DNA from: Catajapyx aquilonaris
Taxonomy: Eukaryota
DNA length: 64,000 bases
Assembly (NCBI GenBank): GCA_000934665.2
Contig: KZ538814.1
Location: forward strand, 1-64,000
Reading direction: 5' to 3'
The notes beneath the pieces are model-generated. The model searched no databases. It was not told the DNA's origin and saw nothing but the letters and a program-made list of their open reading frames with translations. Each line of letters starts with the position of its first letter. The first letter of the stretch is position 1. Position numbers and translations under genes: made by a program. Positions 1 through 10,939 of the stretch are shown here, one piece after another.

Positions 1-147
1 GGGGGGGGGGGTTGAAGGTCACACGGGCTTAGGTGAAAGTGGGAGATTTGAATGGGTGTGTATTTGATAAAATTGGCAGCACCTTTTCCAAAAAATCATG
101 AATTAGTAATTTCTAATGCTTTTTCAAACTGTCCTGTAGCCTATATC

Positions 148-215
148 GTCGCGGTCCGGACAAAATTACGTCGCGGTCCGGATCCGGACCGCTGTCCGCC
201 AGTTGAATAGCCCTG
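148..215. mobile_element. Right terminus of a hAT (Charlie-like) element; the rest lies upstream
   Basis: Repeated CGCGGTCCGG subterminal motifs ending CCGCCAGTTGAATAGCCCTG (reverse complement CAGGGCTATTCAACTGGCGG), followed by an 8-mer with central TA (TCCTATAG). Confidence 0.6.
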
Positions 216-660
216 TCCTATAGTTTTGAAGCCGTCATGGAGAAAGACATTATATAAGGCAAGTGGCACATAATGACATTATGCGATACCTGTGATACTG
301 GACATATTGTGTCCAGTATCACAGGTATCACAGGTAGAAAAGGATCGGCTACCTAAGAACCTTGAGACACTTCTGGACCAAGCGTCCGATATTCCTAACA
401 GTATTCCTATAGTATAGTCATTAGAGCCTATACCCTCATGGCAACTTATTGGACCCCTTTAATATCTATGATTGGACCCGAAAAGGTGGGGGGGGGGNNN
501 NNNNNNNNNNNNNNNNNNNNNNNNNNNNNNNNNNNNNNNNNNNNNNNNNNNNNNNNNNNNNNNNNNNNNNNNNNNNNNNNNNNNNNNNNNNNNNNNNNNN
601 NNNNNNNNNNNNNNNNNNNNNNNNNNNNNNNNNNNNNNNNNNNNNCCCCCCCCCCACCTT

Positions 661-737
661 TTCGGTAATTAACCTTTAACGTCGAAAATAAACAAAACGG
701 GTTTTAAAATTGGGACATTCTTTTTGATAACCCTGTA
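661..737. mobile_element. Right end of a Tc1/mariner-type MITE
   Basis: Ends GGGACATTCTTTTTGATAACCCTG+TA, the same CCCTG-TA terminus as other MITEs here. No left end is visible (an N gap is adjacent). Confidence 0.45.
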
Positions 738-745
738 TTTCAGAC

Positions 746-832
<87 letters not shown>

Positions 833-892
833 GTTTTATTAACCTGCAAGGCTTTGTGGGCCCTTCTGCAGGTATTTCTGACATATAATAAT
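735..892 (-). mobile_element. Very short 5'-truncated non-LTR retrotransposon 3' end with (ATT)n tail and TSD
   Basis: Direct repeats GTATTTCWGACATATAATAAT at 735-755 and 872-892. The minus strand reads a CCTGCAG..CTTGCAGG stem-loop, then AATAAA, then (ATT)n. Confidence 0.65.
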
Positions 893-3890
893 TAATTGTT
901 TATATTATTTATTTGTTGTTAATTATTTAGCTCTTTCTCTCACTCTGTGAAATTATTCTCAAACTTATCATCAGTGCTAATGGGTATAAGATCTTCTCAC
1001 CCGTTTTTGTGAATTACGAGTACAGTACACAAATGTTGGACTGAAATCCCGGTGACGTCATATAGCATTCTTCAGGCATTTCGGACCATTGCCACACCAT
1101 GTAAGTTATTTCAGATTTCTGCCCACATCGCTGGCGCTGAATTATTCCACTCACCCCTGTCATCTTACCTGTAAGTGTATAGAGCACACAGTTCCATAAA
1201 CAGTTGCTTTCCAATGATGTGCTACATATACCGCATACTAGGAAACCGCTATAACTATAGTACGCTGATAGTACGATATGGCTCTTTCAAGCAGGTGAGG
1301 CAACTGTGGACAGAGTCAGGTAAATTTTCACCAATGTATACAGTATGCGGATGTGATGTATGTTCTGAAACGCATGGTATAGTTTTTCGTACATACGTAC
1401 ACGGCTCGCAGCAGTGCCGACGAGTAATAATAATGTGTTTCAAATGCAAGATTACTGATTTTTAAAAACAAGTCTGGTATAGTGTAGAACTGTAGATAAT
1501 GAAATTTAATGGCATTTTTAGATATCGTGTAATTTGGATTTGCAACATTTGTTGGAGGTTTTCATTCGACCAGAACCCCTAATTAGAATTCAAATTAATT
1601 TTAGAATGTGTTGAAACAGGATCATACACTGTATATTGTTCTTTTATAAATAACACCAGTAATTGTGATTTCCAAGAACCTCAGTAATTATATATTAGTT
1701 GTTATTTCTGAGTGCTTCAGTTTTCCTTTATTGCTTATTATAATTATAGTGACATCCTAGAATTGATATTTAATCGTCTAAAATTCGCGGAACCTAGTCT
1801 ATGCGGTATATGTGACAGGTAAATACCCAAAAGTATTAAAAAATTAATATCCGATAATTTATAGGAATTCGCAATACGTAACCAGAGGTTTTCTCTAAAA
1901 TCGCGTTGATACAATAAATAAATTGCTCCCTGGTGATAATTTATGATCATGCTCTCATTTGTCTCTCAAAGTTAAGCTGAATGTTTACCTATAGTAATCA
2001 GGTAGACTTCCAGAGTGAACTCCTGAGCACCAAAGGATCCTTTCATGTGGAAGTCTCCACGTCCTCGTTACTGATGAGATACACAGCATTACTCAAAGAC
2101 TTTGTTTACCATAATAATTATAATGGGTCTCGGACACAGTCTGCTATGCTTCCATCTCTTAAGCGACTGCCTGCTACACCTTAAAAAATTGCAGTTTAAA
2201 TTCAAGAATTTTAATGAAAAAAGCAAGGTTGCGCGAAGGGACACACACCTACCGGAATATTTTACACCTTATATCTGAAGCCCACTATTTTAGTAAAAAT
2301 GCTAACCTTTAGAGACCCCGTGACACTTGTACATAAAGTGATTCGCTGGTGCCCAAGAGTTCATCCCCTCATTGAAGTGTGTCTGAATCCGGCTCTGCTC
2401 AACGATATCTTTCAGTATTTTAACGTGTTATCCAATGACGTAATATGACACAGGCCTACTTCATGTTACATTACAGAGTAGCCTATATTTTAGAAGTCTA
2501 TTGTTTAGGCGAATGTGTCCTAAACTTTTTGATCACAATAAAGGTGTGCATAATTCTGGAAATCCACGTAAGACAGATGCATAAAAATCAGGCTAGAATG
2601 CAATCCATGTTTTACCAAATAACTTATTTCCCACTTCCCCCTCCATCCAAGATTTTTTCGCCACCCTGAGCGCCTGAGGACTATATACAGTACAATCGAC
2701 CATCCTCGTACCAATCAAAATCGAAAGGTCAGAAGTATAGCGGAATTTCTTAAAAGCTCTTTTTGGGTAAATTGGAACTTATAGGAAGTAGGACCGGTGC
2801 ATTTGCCATTGTGATACACCAGACAGACCCATAAAATACAAAGTGCCGGTGAAAATACCGTATATTCATTATAATATTACCGTATACTACTCGTACATGT
2901 GTGAGAGAGGTAGTCTACAATGCATTAGCTGTAATGTTCATATACCAGTGCAGCCTGAAGGTTGCAACCTACTTTTTTTCCTCGTAAAATTACATAGCCC
3001 GTGCGAAGACCCTGGGGGCAGAACAGCAATTAATAATCTCGTTGGGAATATTTCTATAATCACGGCTGTTTTCCTATATACACAGTGCTGGCTGTGACAT
3101 TGGTCTGGAAATTACATGATAAACATCATCACTTTCAGGCAGTTTTCTGGTGGTTTTTCTGCCCATGTTGTTTTTGCAATGCGGAGGAGTTGTGATCGTT
3201 ATTTTTTGTTACGCCGTATAAGCCTACATCTGTTTTTGAATATTAACATTAGTTTACAAATGGCATATCTCTGTATTACGCAGCGATATAGGCCTTCTGC
3301 CAGTTTTTTTAAAGTTATACAACAACAACCACCCAAACGAAACACGCCACAGTTAGGCCTAAAGAGCATTATTTAAGATTATTATTGCTATTATATCATC
3401 CATATGAGGAAGTTCATTAACGGTCTGCTATCAGAGTGACCACCAAGAAGCAGAAAGGTGAAATAAAAGTGGAGCAGCAATAACCGTAATGAAAACAACT
3501 GCACCAGCACACATATACGATCAGTTTCACTATAACTCTTGATAGAGGCACAGTGTAACTTTGAGTTAGGTACCTGTACCAAATGTGGTAACCATAAAGA
3601 TCACACATTTGCATACGATTGCCTATTACGTAAATTTAGAGAATTATTTCACTGCTTGGAAATTCAAAGCCTTTCATTCAACTATAAGTCAGAAAATATA
3701 TTTTAATATTAGTATGGAAGTGTTTTTGCCAACTCTTTAAAATACCCATTGCAAGTAGCTTAATTATTACATTTGCTTGTGTGGTAAATGAATCTTGCGT
3801 GCGGTTAAGATTTTTTTTTGCCAGGCTCTCTCATTATTATCTTCAAGTCTGCTGTATGAGATGTATTGATCTGAGACTACTAGCACAATT

Positions 3891-4138
3891 GAGGCGATCA
3901 GAGGAAACACGGCATATCCCAACCGGAGTTCATTTTGAGATAAACGGCTTTTTGTGTTGCAAGAGAATAGGATTTTTCATTGCAGACCAATTTTACAAGT
4001 GGAATATGTGAGCTTTGGCATATCCCAATTCATTTGGAACTTCAGCACATGAAAGGTAGATGGCAGGAGAGTAAAAAAGCACTACAATCTCATAATCGGA
4101 GGACGGTTGGGATATGCCGTTTTTCCTCTGAGCGCCTC
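3891..4138. mobile_element. MITE with ~34-bp TIRs and GAG termini (Sola-like)
   Basis: GAGGCGATCAGAGGAAACACGGCATATCCCAACC pairs with GGTTGGGATATGCCGTTTTTCCTCTGAGCGCCTC; the left flank is AATT. Confidence 0.7.
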
Positions 4139-4491
4139 TTTACTCGCCTAAATTAGAGTAATTTATAGGTTAAATTTTTATTAAGTTGTTACAATATTCG
4201 CATCTTAAATCAATTGTGATTTTTACATTCGGAGGCCTATAGCATTCTGCAGCACTGCGGATGGTCAATTTATTTTAACTAACTTATTATTACGTTTATT
4301 GTTGACAATATTCAATATAATAACCATTTGTTCATAATCCACAGGAATCCTACCGGCATGCGGCAGTGTAGTGCGAATTCGTAGACTTCTGGTTATTTGT
4401 TTTAGTAGCTACGAATTAATAGCTGAATGAATTTCTCTGATTCACTAGTGGACCACCAGTCCACCATGCCACAATAATTCACTCATCCATT

Positions 4492-4747
4492 GAGGGGTGT
4501 GGTGGAAAAAGGTGATAACCCTAATTTTTGTCATTTTTGACCTAACACCTATAGCAACTATGTAAAAGACACGACAAACAGTTTGGTATACTCCAAGTTC
4601 ACGTATCATGCACGAGATGGCCACACGGACTAGATCAAAACCCGCATTATCTATGATTTGTTAAGAGAATGCAAACTTCAATTCGCTCTCCTGAAAAATT
4701 ACACTTTTGTGGGTTATCACCTTTTTCCACCACAGACCACACCCCTC
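4492..4747. mobile_element. MITE with GAG termini (Sola-like)
   Basis: GAGGGGTGTGGTGGAAAAAGGTGATAACCC pairs with GGGTTATCACCTTTTTCCACCAC(AGACCAC)ACCCCTC; flanks are CATT and AATT. Confidence 0.7.
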
Positions 4748-5579
4748 AATTCAACCCATGATAAAATAGCACTCAGAAATTGATCTAATTATATAGAGGC
4801 TTTGTCAAAATCGCACTCTACTAAATTTCAATTTACATACTGTACTTCAATTTATTTACAGCTTTTTCAGTGCCACCCACCTAAAACTAAAGTAGGTTCT
4901 TAATAGCCCATGCACATAATCACGTAGATGATTCTCATAGATCAGGGGCCGTGACTGGAGTTCAGTCAATTGTAGAAAAAAAATCGAGCCGCAATAGGTA
5001 GGCTAACTTAGCAGGACATATTTATACACCACAATGAGGGTCAATTTCGGAAGATATCCGTATTGAAATGTATTGTCGAAGTTGATATAGTAGGCGATAA
5101 AAAAGTGCCCTCGTTAGAGACCCTGACCTCATTTGGCTTGTAGTGGTACAGTACCTTATAATTTATTAATAAGTTATAAGTTACAGGTTCCAGTTTGTAT
5201 TAGTAATCCCTGTACACTGATCATAATCATTTTATATTTAAGTATTCGTTGATAATGTGGGGTCCCTTTATCGAGATAAGGTGCTTTAATCAGGCAGTAG
5301 AGTAGGTCTATAAGTAACGTACGCACTTGTCTATTCACATGGCCTGCCTTTGACATTTAAAAAAATTGCGACTGGAGTTCCACATTCATGTGATAGACTT
5401 GCAGTTTTAAATTAACGTTTATTGAGGGGGGCCAAAACCACTTAGGCTCTCTATAGCATAGAGTACGTTTACATGGGACTAAAAATTGGCCTGACCCAGG
5501 CTTCCTTAGCAAGGCCATCGCCTTAGGTAGACCACCCGACCCAAAAGGCTTGGGCTGCGCCCGACAACGGATCAGATAA

Positions 5580-6637
5580 GGGGACGTCCACATATTACGT
5601 AACGGTATTTTTGGCCATTTTTGACCCCCTCCCCCCCCTCTGTAACGGGACCGTAACGATCTCCTGAACCCCCCCCTCCCCCCCTCCGTTACGTAACGCC
5701 TGCTATTTTTAAAATTTCGTGCTTCAGAACGAGCGCCACGTGTTTCATGTATATAAAACCAAGGCAATAATTTTAAGAATATGTTCACTTTAAAACTACT
5801 GTACTTGTGAAAGAAAAGAAAACTTTTGTACCGGTACTAAAATTTAATATAGGCCGAAATGATCTGTATTTCAGAAGATTTGTTTAAAAAGGGGAAGCCG
5901 AGGCGACTCAGGCTATGAGGCTCTTGGGAGGGTGGGGGGAGGGCGAAAGAAAGGGGGAGGGGAAGATAGTTTTTGGAGTGTGGGAGGAAATTTATAACAG
6001 GAGAACCCCGATATAAAACCCACGCAAGCGCGGAGAGAACTCCATCGAAACTCAACCCATATGGGAAATCCTTGGCCCAATCCGGGGATCGAACCTGGGA
6101 CCCCAGAGGTGGGAGGAGGCGGACTTTATAATATTAAACCACTACACCACCGCGTCGCCCGTATTTCATAAGAAAAGCGAAAAAAAATTAACGAACTACG
6201 TTACGTACAGGTGCGTATTTTTAAAGCTACAATATGGGCATGTTTTATATAAAAGAGAAAATAGTCAGAACAAAAATGTCATTTTTCTATGACTTTGAGA
6301 CCCTGGAGCGCAATAGGTATGGAATCAACAAGTAGTACAATACATGTGACTCACATAAATACCTTGCATAAAAATAGTGAGGTTGTCAAGTTCCTACGAA
6401 AAGTCTCAAAATAGCTTTTTTCGCACGTGTTTTACCGATTTGGACCACTGTGAGGCGTCACTCAGTGGGTAGCGGACGACGCAGCCACGCTGGCCACGCT
6501 GGCCACGCTGCGTTGCACTCGGAATATTTATACAGTGCGTTCAAATGCGTTACGTAACGGCTACCCAACCCCCCCCCCCCTCCCCCATGTAACGGACCGT
6601 CACNCTAAATCCCGTTACGTAATATGTGGACGTCCCC
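5580..6637. mobile_element. PIF/Harbinger (Tourist-like) MITE
   Basis: Perfect TIR GGGGACGTCCACATATTACGTAACGG; TAA TSD at 5577-5579 and 6638-6640; subterminal CGTTACGTAACG repeats. Confidence 0.85.
5879..6160 (-). mobile_element. tRNA-derived SINE with a V-domain-like body
   Basis: Minus strand: A box TGGTGTAGTGG, B box GGTTCGATCCC, then GTTCTCTCCGCGCTTGCGTGGGTTT..TTCCTCCCAC resembling the V-SINE domain. TSD GTATTTCAKAAGA at 5866-5878 and 6161-6173. Confidence 0.8.
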
Positions 6638-6736
6638 TAAGGCCGGTCTATCGTAGGCCCAGTGGCTACATGGGAGTAAACCGGTTCGCCTAGCATAGGC
6701 TAGGCCGATTTTTAGTCCCTTGTAAACGTACTCATA

Positions 6737-6931
6737 GACAAGAATGAGAGGGGAATATAGGTTTTTGAACTGTGGAAGGAAACTTGAGGATCCCGAGAAA
6801 ACCCACACGAACACTATGAGTAATTTATCGAAACTTGTTCTACGTTATAAGAAAAACTCTGTCCGGAGATAGAACGCGGGACATCAGAGGTGAAAGACTG
6901 TGGCACTAACCACTACATCACGGTGGCGCCC
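6737..6931 (-). mobile_element. Older copy of the V-domain-like tRNA SINE (its 3' end may lie at ~5405-5460)
   Basis: Minus strand GGGCGCCACCGTGATGTAGTGGTTAG...GTGTGGGTTTTCTCGGGATCCTCAAGTTTCCTTCCACAG aligns by eye with the 5879-6160 copy. Confidence 0.65.
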
Positions 6932-6971
6932 TTAAATTAGGTGCAAGTACTATGGACGCAAATAAATTAAT

Positions 6972-9231
6972 CCCTTCGCCCCCAGCCACCTAAAATCTAG
7001 GCGATGAGAATTCGACCGCAGAATACACCAGCAATATCGCCAAGATTTTCGTTTACACGCACTCTGAAGATAAAGACAATTAGACAATACAGGGTGTATC
7101 AGAGTCACGGGTCAAGCGCGCGCGAGGGGGTGGGAAAAATCGGCGATAACCTCGGTCAGTTTTATAAAACAATTAAAAACAAGGGAGTAATCGATTTTTG
7201 ATTACGGGGTGACGTCACGTCATTTCCGTTCGAATTGAGAGGCGCGGAAAGGCGAGTACGGTGCGTACAGCGGCTCTCTAGCCGTGCCGGTTGCACTGAA
7301 CAAGGCATGGGACCGGGCTTGGACCTCGGCAACCTGCCTATGCAACGGTGCACCGAGAAATGGCGGAGGATGTCGAGCACCGATGTCTCTGTACAGGCAG
7401 GAATGACAGCACGCATACCGCGTAGACGTCATCCTCATCGAAAAATCGCGAAAAACGCTTCTTTCGGTGGACAGACTGCTGCGTGAGGCCTGTCCCGGCC
7501 GGTACATTGCGAGGCAGACGAGATACGTCAGGTACGTACAGTAGTACAGTGTGTTGTACACCTGTACTGTAGTACAGCACTGCACTGGCTGGATAATGCC
7601 TGTGTACAGTAGTGTACGGTACTGTAACAGTACTGTATCGAACATCATGACAGGTGCACCTCTGACCGCACGTACCATGGCAATGGAGGGAGACGTTCTG
7701 GACATGGTAGCCCGATCAGCACCCGTGAAGTCGGTCGTAGAGTGCACAGCATTCATTCCAATGTGTGAAGGATCATCCACGACAGCATCCGAGCGAATGG
7801 GCGCGAGTTCCAGCATTTGCTGTAGTCACGGTATGCGTACTGACAGTACGCATACCAACTTCACGGGTGCTGATCAATGGGTCCATGGCTACCATGTCCA
7901 GAACGCCTTCCTAGATTTCCATGGTACGTACGGTACGAGGACGATGCACCTGTCATGATGTGCGATACAGTACTGTTACAGTACCGTACACTACTGTACA
8001 CAGGCATTATAGAGCCAGTGCAGTGCCGTACTACAGTACAGGTGTACAACACACTGTACTACTGTACGTACCTGACGTATCTCGCCTGCCTCGCAATGTA
8101 CGGCCGGGACAGGCCTCATGCAGCAGTCTCTCCACCGAAAGAAACGTTTTTCACGATTTTTCGATGAGGATGACGTCTACGCGGTATGCGTGCTGTCATT
8201 CCTGCCTGTATACAGAGACATCGGTGCTCGACATCCTCCGCCATTTCTCGGTGCACCGTTGCAGGTCGCGAAGAGGGGTTGCAGAGGCCATGCTTTGCGT
8301 GGGAAGGCGGGAGAGCATGAGAGCCGCTGTACGCACCGTACTCGCGTTTCCGCGCCTCTCAATTCGAACGGAAAGGACGTGACGTCACGCCGTAATCAAA
8401 AATCGATTACTCCCTTATTTCTAATTGTTTTATAAAACTGACCAAGGTTATCGCCACCTACGATTTTTCCCCGCCTCCTCGCGCGCGCTTGACCCGTGAC
8501 TCTGATACACCCTGTATATTGTTACAAATAATAACAACTCATAATAACAGTTTATGCTCTACCCGATGTAAGCCTATGTGTTGAAAACAGTTTTACTCGT
8601 CTGAAAGTCCCTGAATTAATTTCCCCAAAAAATCGCAGTAAAAACTTGAAATTCAAGTCCTACCGGCCAGCTTTAGGTTGATTTAATTTGAAATGCGTTA
8701 AAATATACGGGACATTTACCTTGACAACCGTACGAGACGAATCTGCTGAAATAGTCATATTTTGCAAGAATTTCATTAATACTCACCTGCGGCTTGCCTG
8801 TCACTTCAGAAGACTATCTAAATTTAGTTAATTCTCGCGAAGTACGGCGATTTCAGCAAATTTGTCTCATAAGTGTCTCAAGGTAGATACTGTATTACGT
8901 ATATATGAACCTATTTCATAATTAAATCAGCCTAACAATTGGCCGGTAGTACTTTAATGTCGAGTTTTTACGGCGATCTTCTAGGAAATTAATTTAGAGA
9001 CTTATAGACGAGTAGAATTGTTTCCAAAACATACAAGTACTGTCAATCGGGTAGTGCATGAACTTGTAAGTAACTTTATAGCTGTTATTATTTGTAAAAT
9101 ATCTTGCCCTTATCTTCAGAGTACGTACGTGTAAGCGAAAATCTATAGGCGATGGCGATATACAGTATAGCTGGTAGTACTTTGCGGTCGAGTTCTCATC
9201 ACCTAGATTTTAGGTGGCTGGGGGCTAAGGG
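6972..9231. mobile_element. Old foldback MITE with piggyBac-like CCCTT...AAGGG termini, interrupted by 7090-8514
   Basis: CCCTTCGCCCCCAGCCACCTAAAATCTAGG pairs with CCTAGATTTTAGGTGGCTGGGGGCTAAGGG. Complementarity resumes after the insert (8517-8695 vs 8913-9100). Flanks are degenerate TTAA. Confidence 0.75.
7090..8514. mobile_element. Young Tc1/mariner-type foldback element with ~640-bp arms
   Basis: TA-CAGGGTGTATCAGAGTCACGGG ... CCCGTGACTCTGATACACCCTG-TA; arms ~7090-7735 and ~7855-8514 are near-perfectly complementary. Confidence 0.9.
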
Positions 9232-10423
9232 CTAAGAATAACTTTAGAATTAGCAACTGTTTATTTGAAGACTAACTCCTAAGTAATCACCGGTCCTGAC
9301 ATCGGCATTGGAACATTAACATTTTAAATCAAATAGGCAAGCTTGAGCGAAGGGTTTCCTACCTCCAACATATACAATAGCCTGCTATAAGACTACTTCG
9401 TGCTTGAAGTACAGTAATTCAGTCACAGCTATGCAGTTCTCAAAATCTTACTCCTGATGTGCTATCAAGTGGCTTTTTACATGGCTTCAGCCCGATTTCC
9501 GTGTACGGGGTGGTGTGCTGCACAGGCCAAGGCGGGCAAGGCAGAGACCTTCTGGGTTATTAAACCCAGAACAAGTTTAAATTGCTGATTTGTTATTTTG
9601 CAACAATAGGGTCACATGCCCTTGTCGCAATTGTCTCTGATCTACTAGCTGCTGGAGTAAAGATGCCATAACTTCTACTGTGAGACTGCGGATGTGGGCA
9701 GTGCACCATCCTGTATAATTTACAGGGTGTTTTCAATGACTCAAGGCAACTCATGATTCAGTTAATGCCTCACCATGAGACTGTATTGGGGTGGTACACC
9801 ATCTTTTTGAAAGGCTGATTTTAAAAATGATGAAGAGTGATCGGAAAAAGCGCAACTCTCCATTATGTTGGGGAGGGTGGGGCAAGATGATGGGGACATG
9901 GGGTAAGACGGAACACCCCCTCTAAAAAGTCCGAGGCAAGTGCTGCTAACTTTTTTACAATACTGTCTTTGCACTTCCTGCATCTATATCAACCTTGCAT
10001 AGTTGCATAAAGTAATGGCTGCTAGCCCAATGTGGCTGTGGTCAGTAGGGGGCGTTTTCTCTGGTTTTAGGACCAGTTTGCTATTATTTTGCACCATCTT
10101 TCTTACCAAAATATTTGTATATTAATTACAGAAATGGATAGCCATGATATATTTCCCAAAAAGCGCAGTTCATGACGAGTCCATTTTGTCAAAAAATACA
10201 GTTTGTGCACATTTGCATGTTTGCTGTCGCATGGGTCAATTAAATGTCAAATGGCTGCTAGGGACATGATGAGGTACATCCTCATCATGCAGAAAAGTTA
10301 ATCTGGAGGGGAAAATTCGGGAAAATTAATGAAGATTTTGTTCCAAAATACGGTATATTCCAAGAAAATCGAAAAAATCAAGCTGCACTGATAAGAAAAT
10401 CCCTGATGCAGATGCTGGCGACT

Positions 10424-10558
10424 CAGAATGATGACACTCATATTTCTGTTCAGTGTGAATATCTATATTCCCAAAAATAATACCATGAGGTATGGGTGTC
10501 CTATGGAGTGTGTGGCTGGCAGACGAGTCCGACAACGAGACAGTTCATGTGTGTCTGA
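10424..10558 (+). pseudogene. Remnant of a C-terminal PHD-like finger of a pogo-family transposase
   Basis: Hand translation QNDDTHISVQCEYLYSQK*YHEVWVSYGVCGWQTSPTTRQFMCV* resembles the CxxC..W(I/V)xCxxC..FxC pattern; it lies inside the pogo-like TIRs. Confidence 0.4.
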
Positions 10559-10640
10559 CTTAATGAGCAAGTAAAACATGGTGTCCCATCTTGCCCCGCA
10601 TATGGGGAAAGATGGGACACTTGCACCCTTTTGGTTTTTA

Positions 10641-10939
10641 TTTATTATTTATTATTTATATTTATATTACCCCATTGGAAGAATCGGTGTTCTATTAGGG
10701 GGTGGAATACCACCATTTACCACTCAATTTTTTCTGAAATTGCTTCACACATGGATGGGGCCAGGATGGGGAAGGAAGGAAGCGGCGTGGCCTATTGTAT
10801 ACGGAAGCGACCCCGGAATTATCCTGGGGGGACCATGGAAAACCACAGAAAGCCACGGTCAGGATCGCCGGCCCCGGGAATCGAGCCCAAGACGGTTAGC
10901 AGTCGGACTCCTTAACCACTACACAAACATGCTTCGGTT
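10641..10939 (-). mobile_element. tRNA-derived SINE (Lm1/Talua-like central domain)
   Basis: A box TGTGTAGTGG, B box GGCTCGATTCC, body GGTTTTCC..AGGCCACGCCGCTTCCTTCC, A-rich tail. TSD ACCCTTTTGGT at 10625-10635 and 10940-10950. Confidence 0.8.

Larger units (their letters stand above)
5461..6733. mobile_element. MITE with a 3-bp ATA TSD (PIF/Harbinger-like), interrupted by a nested MITE
   Basis: TIR GAGTACGTTTACATGGGACTAAAAAT / ATTTTTAGTCCCTTGTAAACGTACTC, with ATA on both flanks. Confidence 0.7.

Noticed and set aside
438..884. ORFs across the N gap and the poly-Ile ORF
   Set aside because: Artefacts of the assembly gap and the (ATT)n microsatellite.
2050..2102. Hammerhead-like arrangement AAGTC-TC...CTGATGAG...CTC-AAA-GACTT
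   Set aside because: It lacks the conserved G of GAAA, and stems I and II are too weak; probably chance.
7162..8435. Cluster of long overlapping ORFs (up to 198 aa) on both strands
   Set aside because: They mirror each other because they lie in the arms of a GC-rich palindrome; no recognisable protein motifs.
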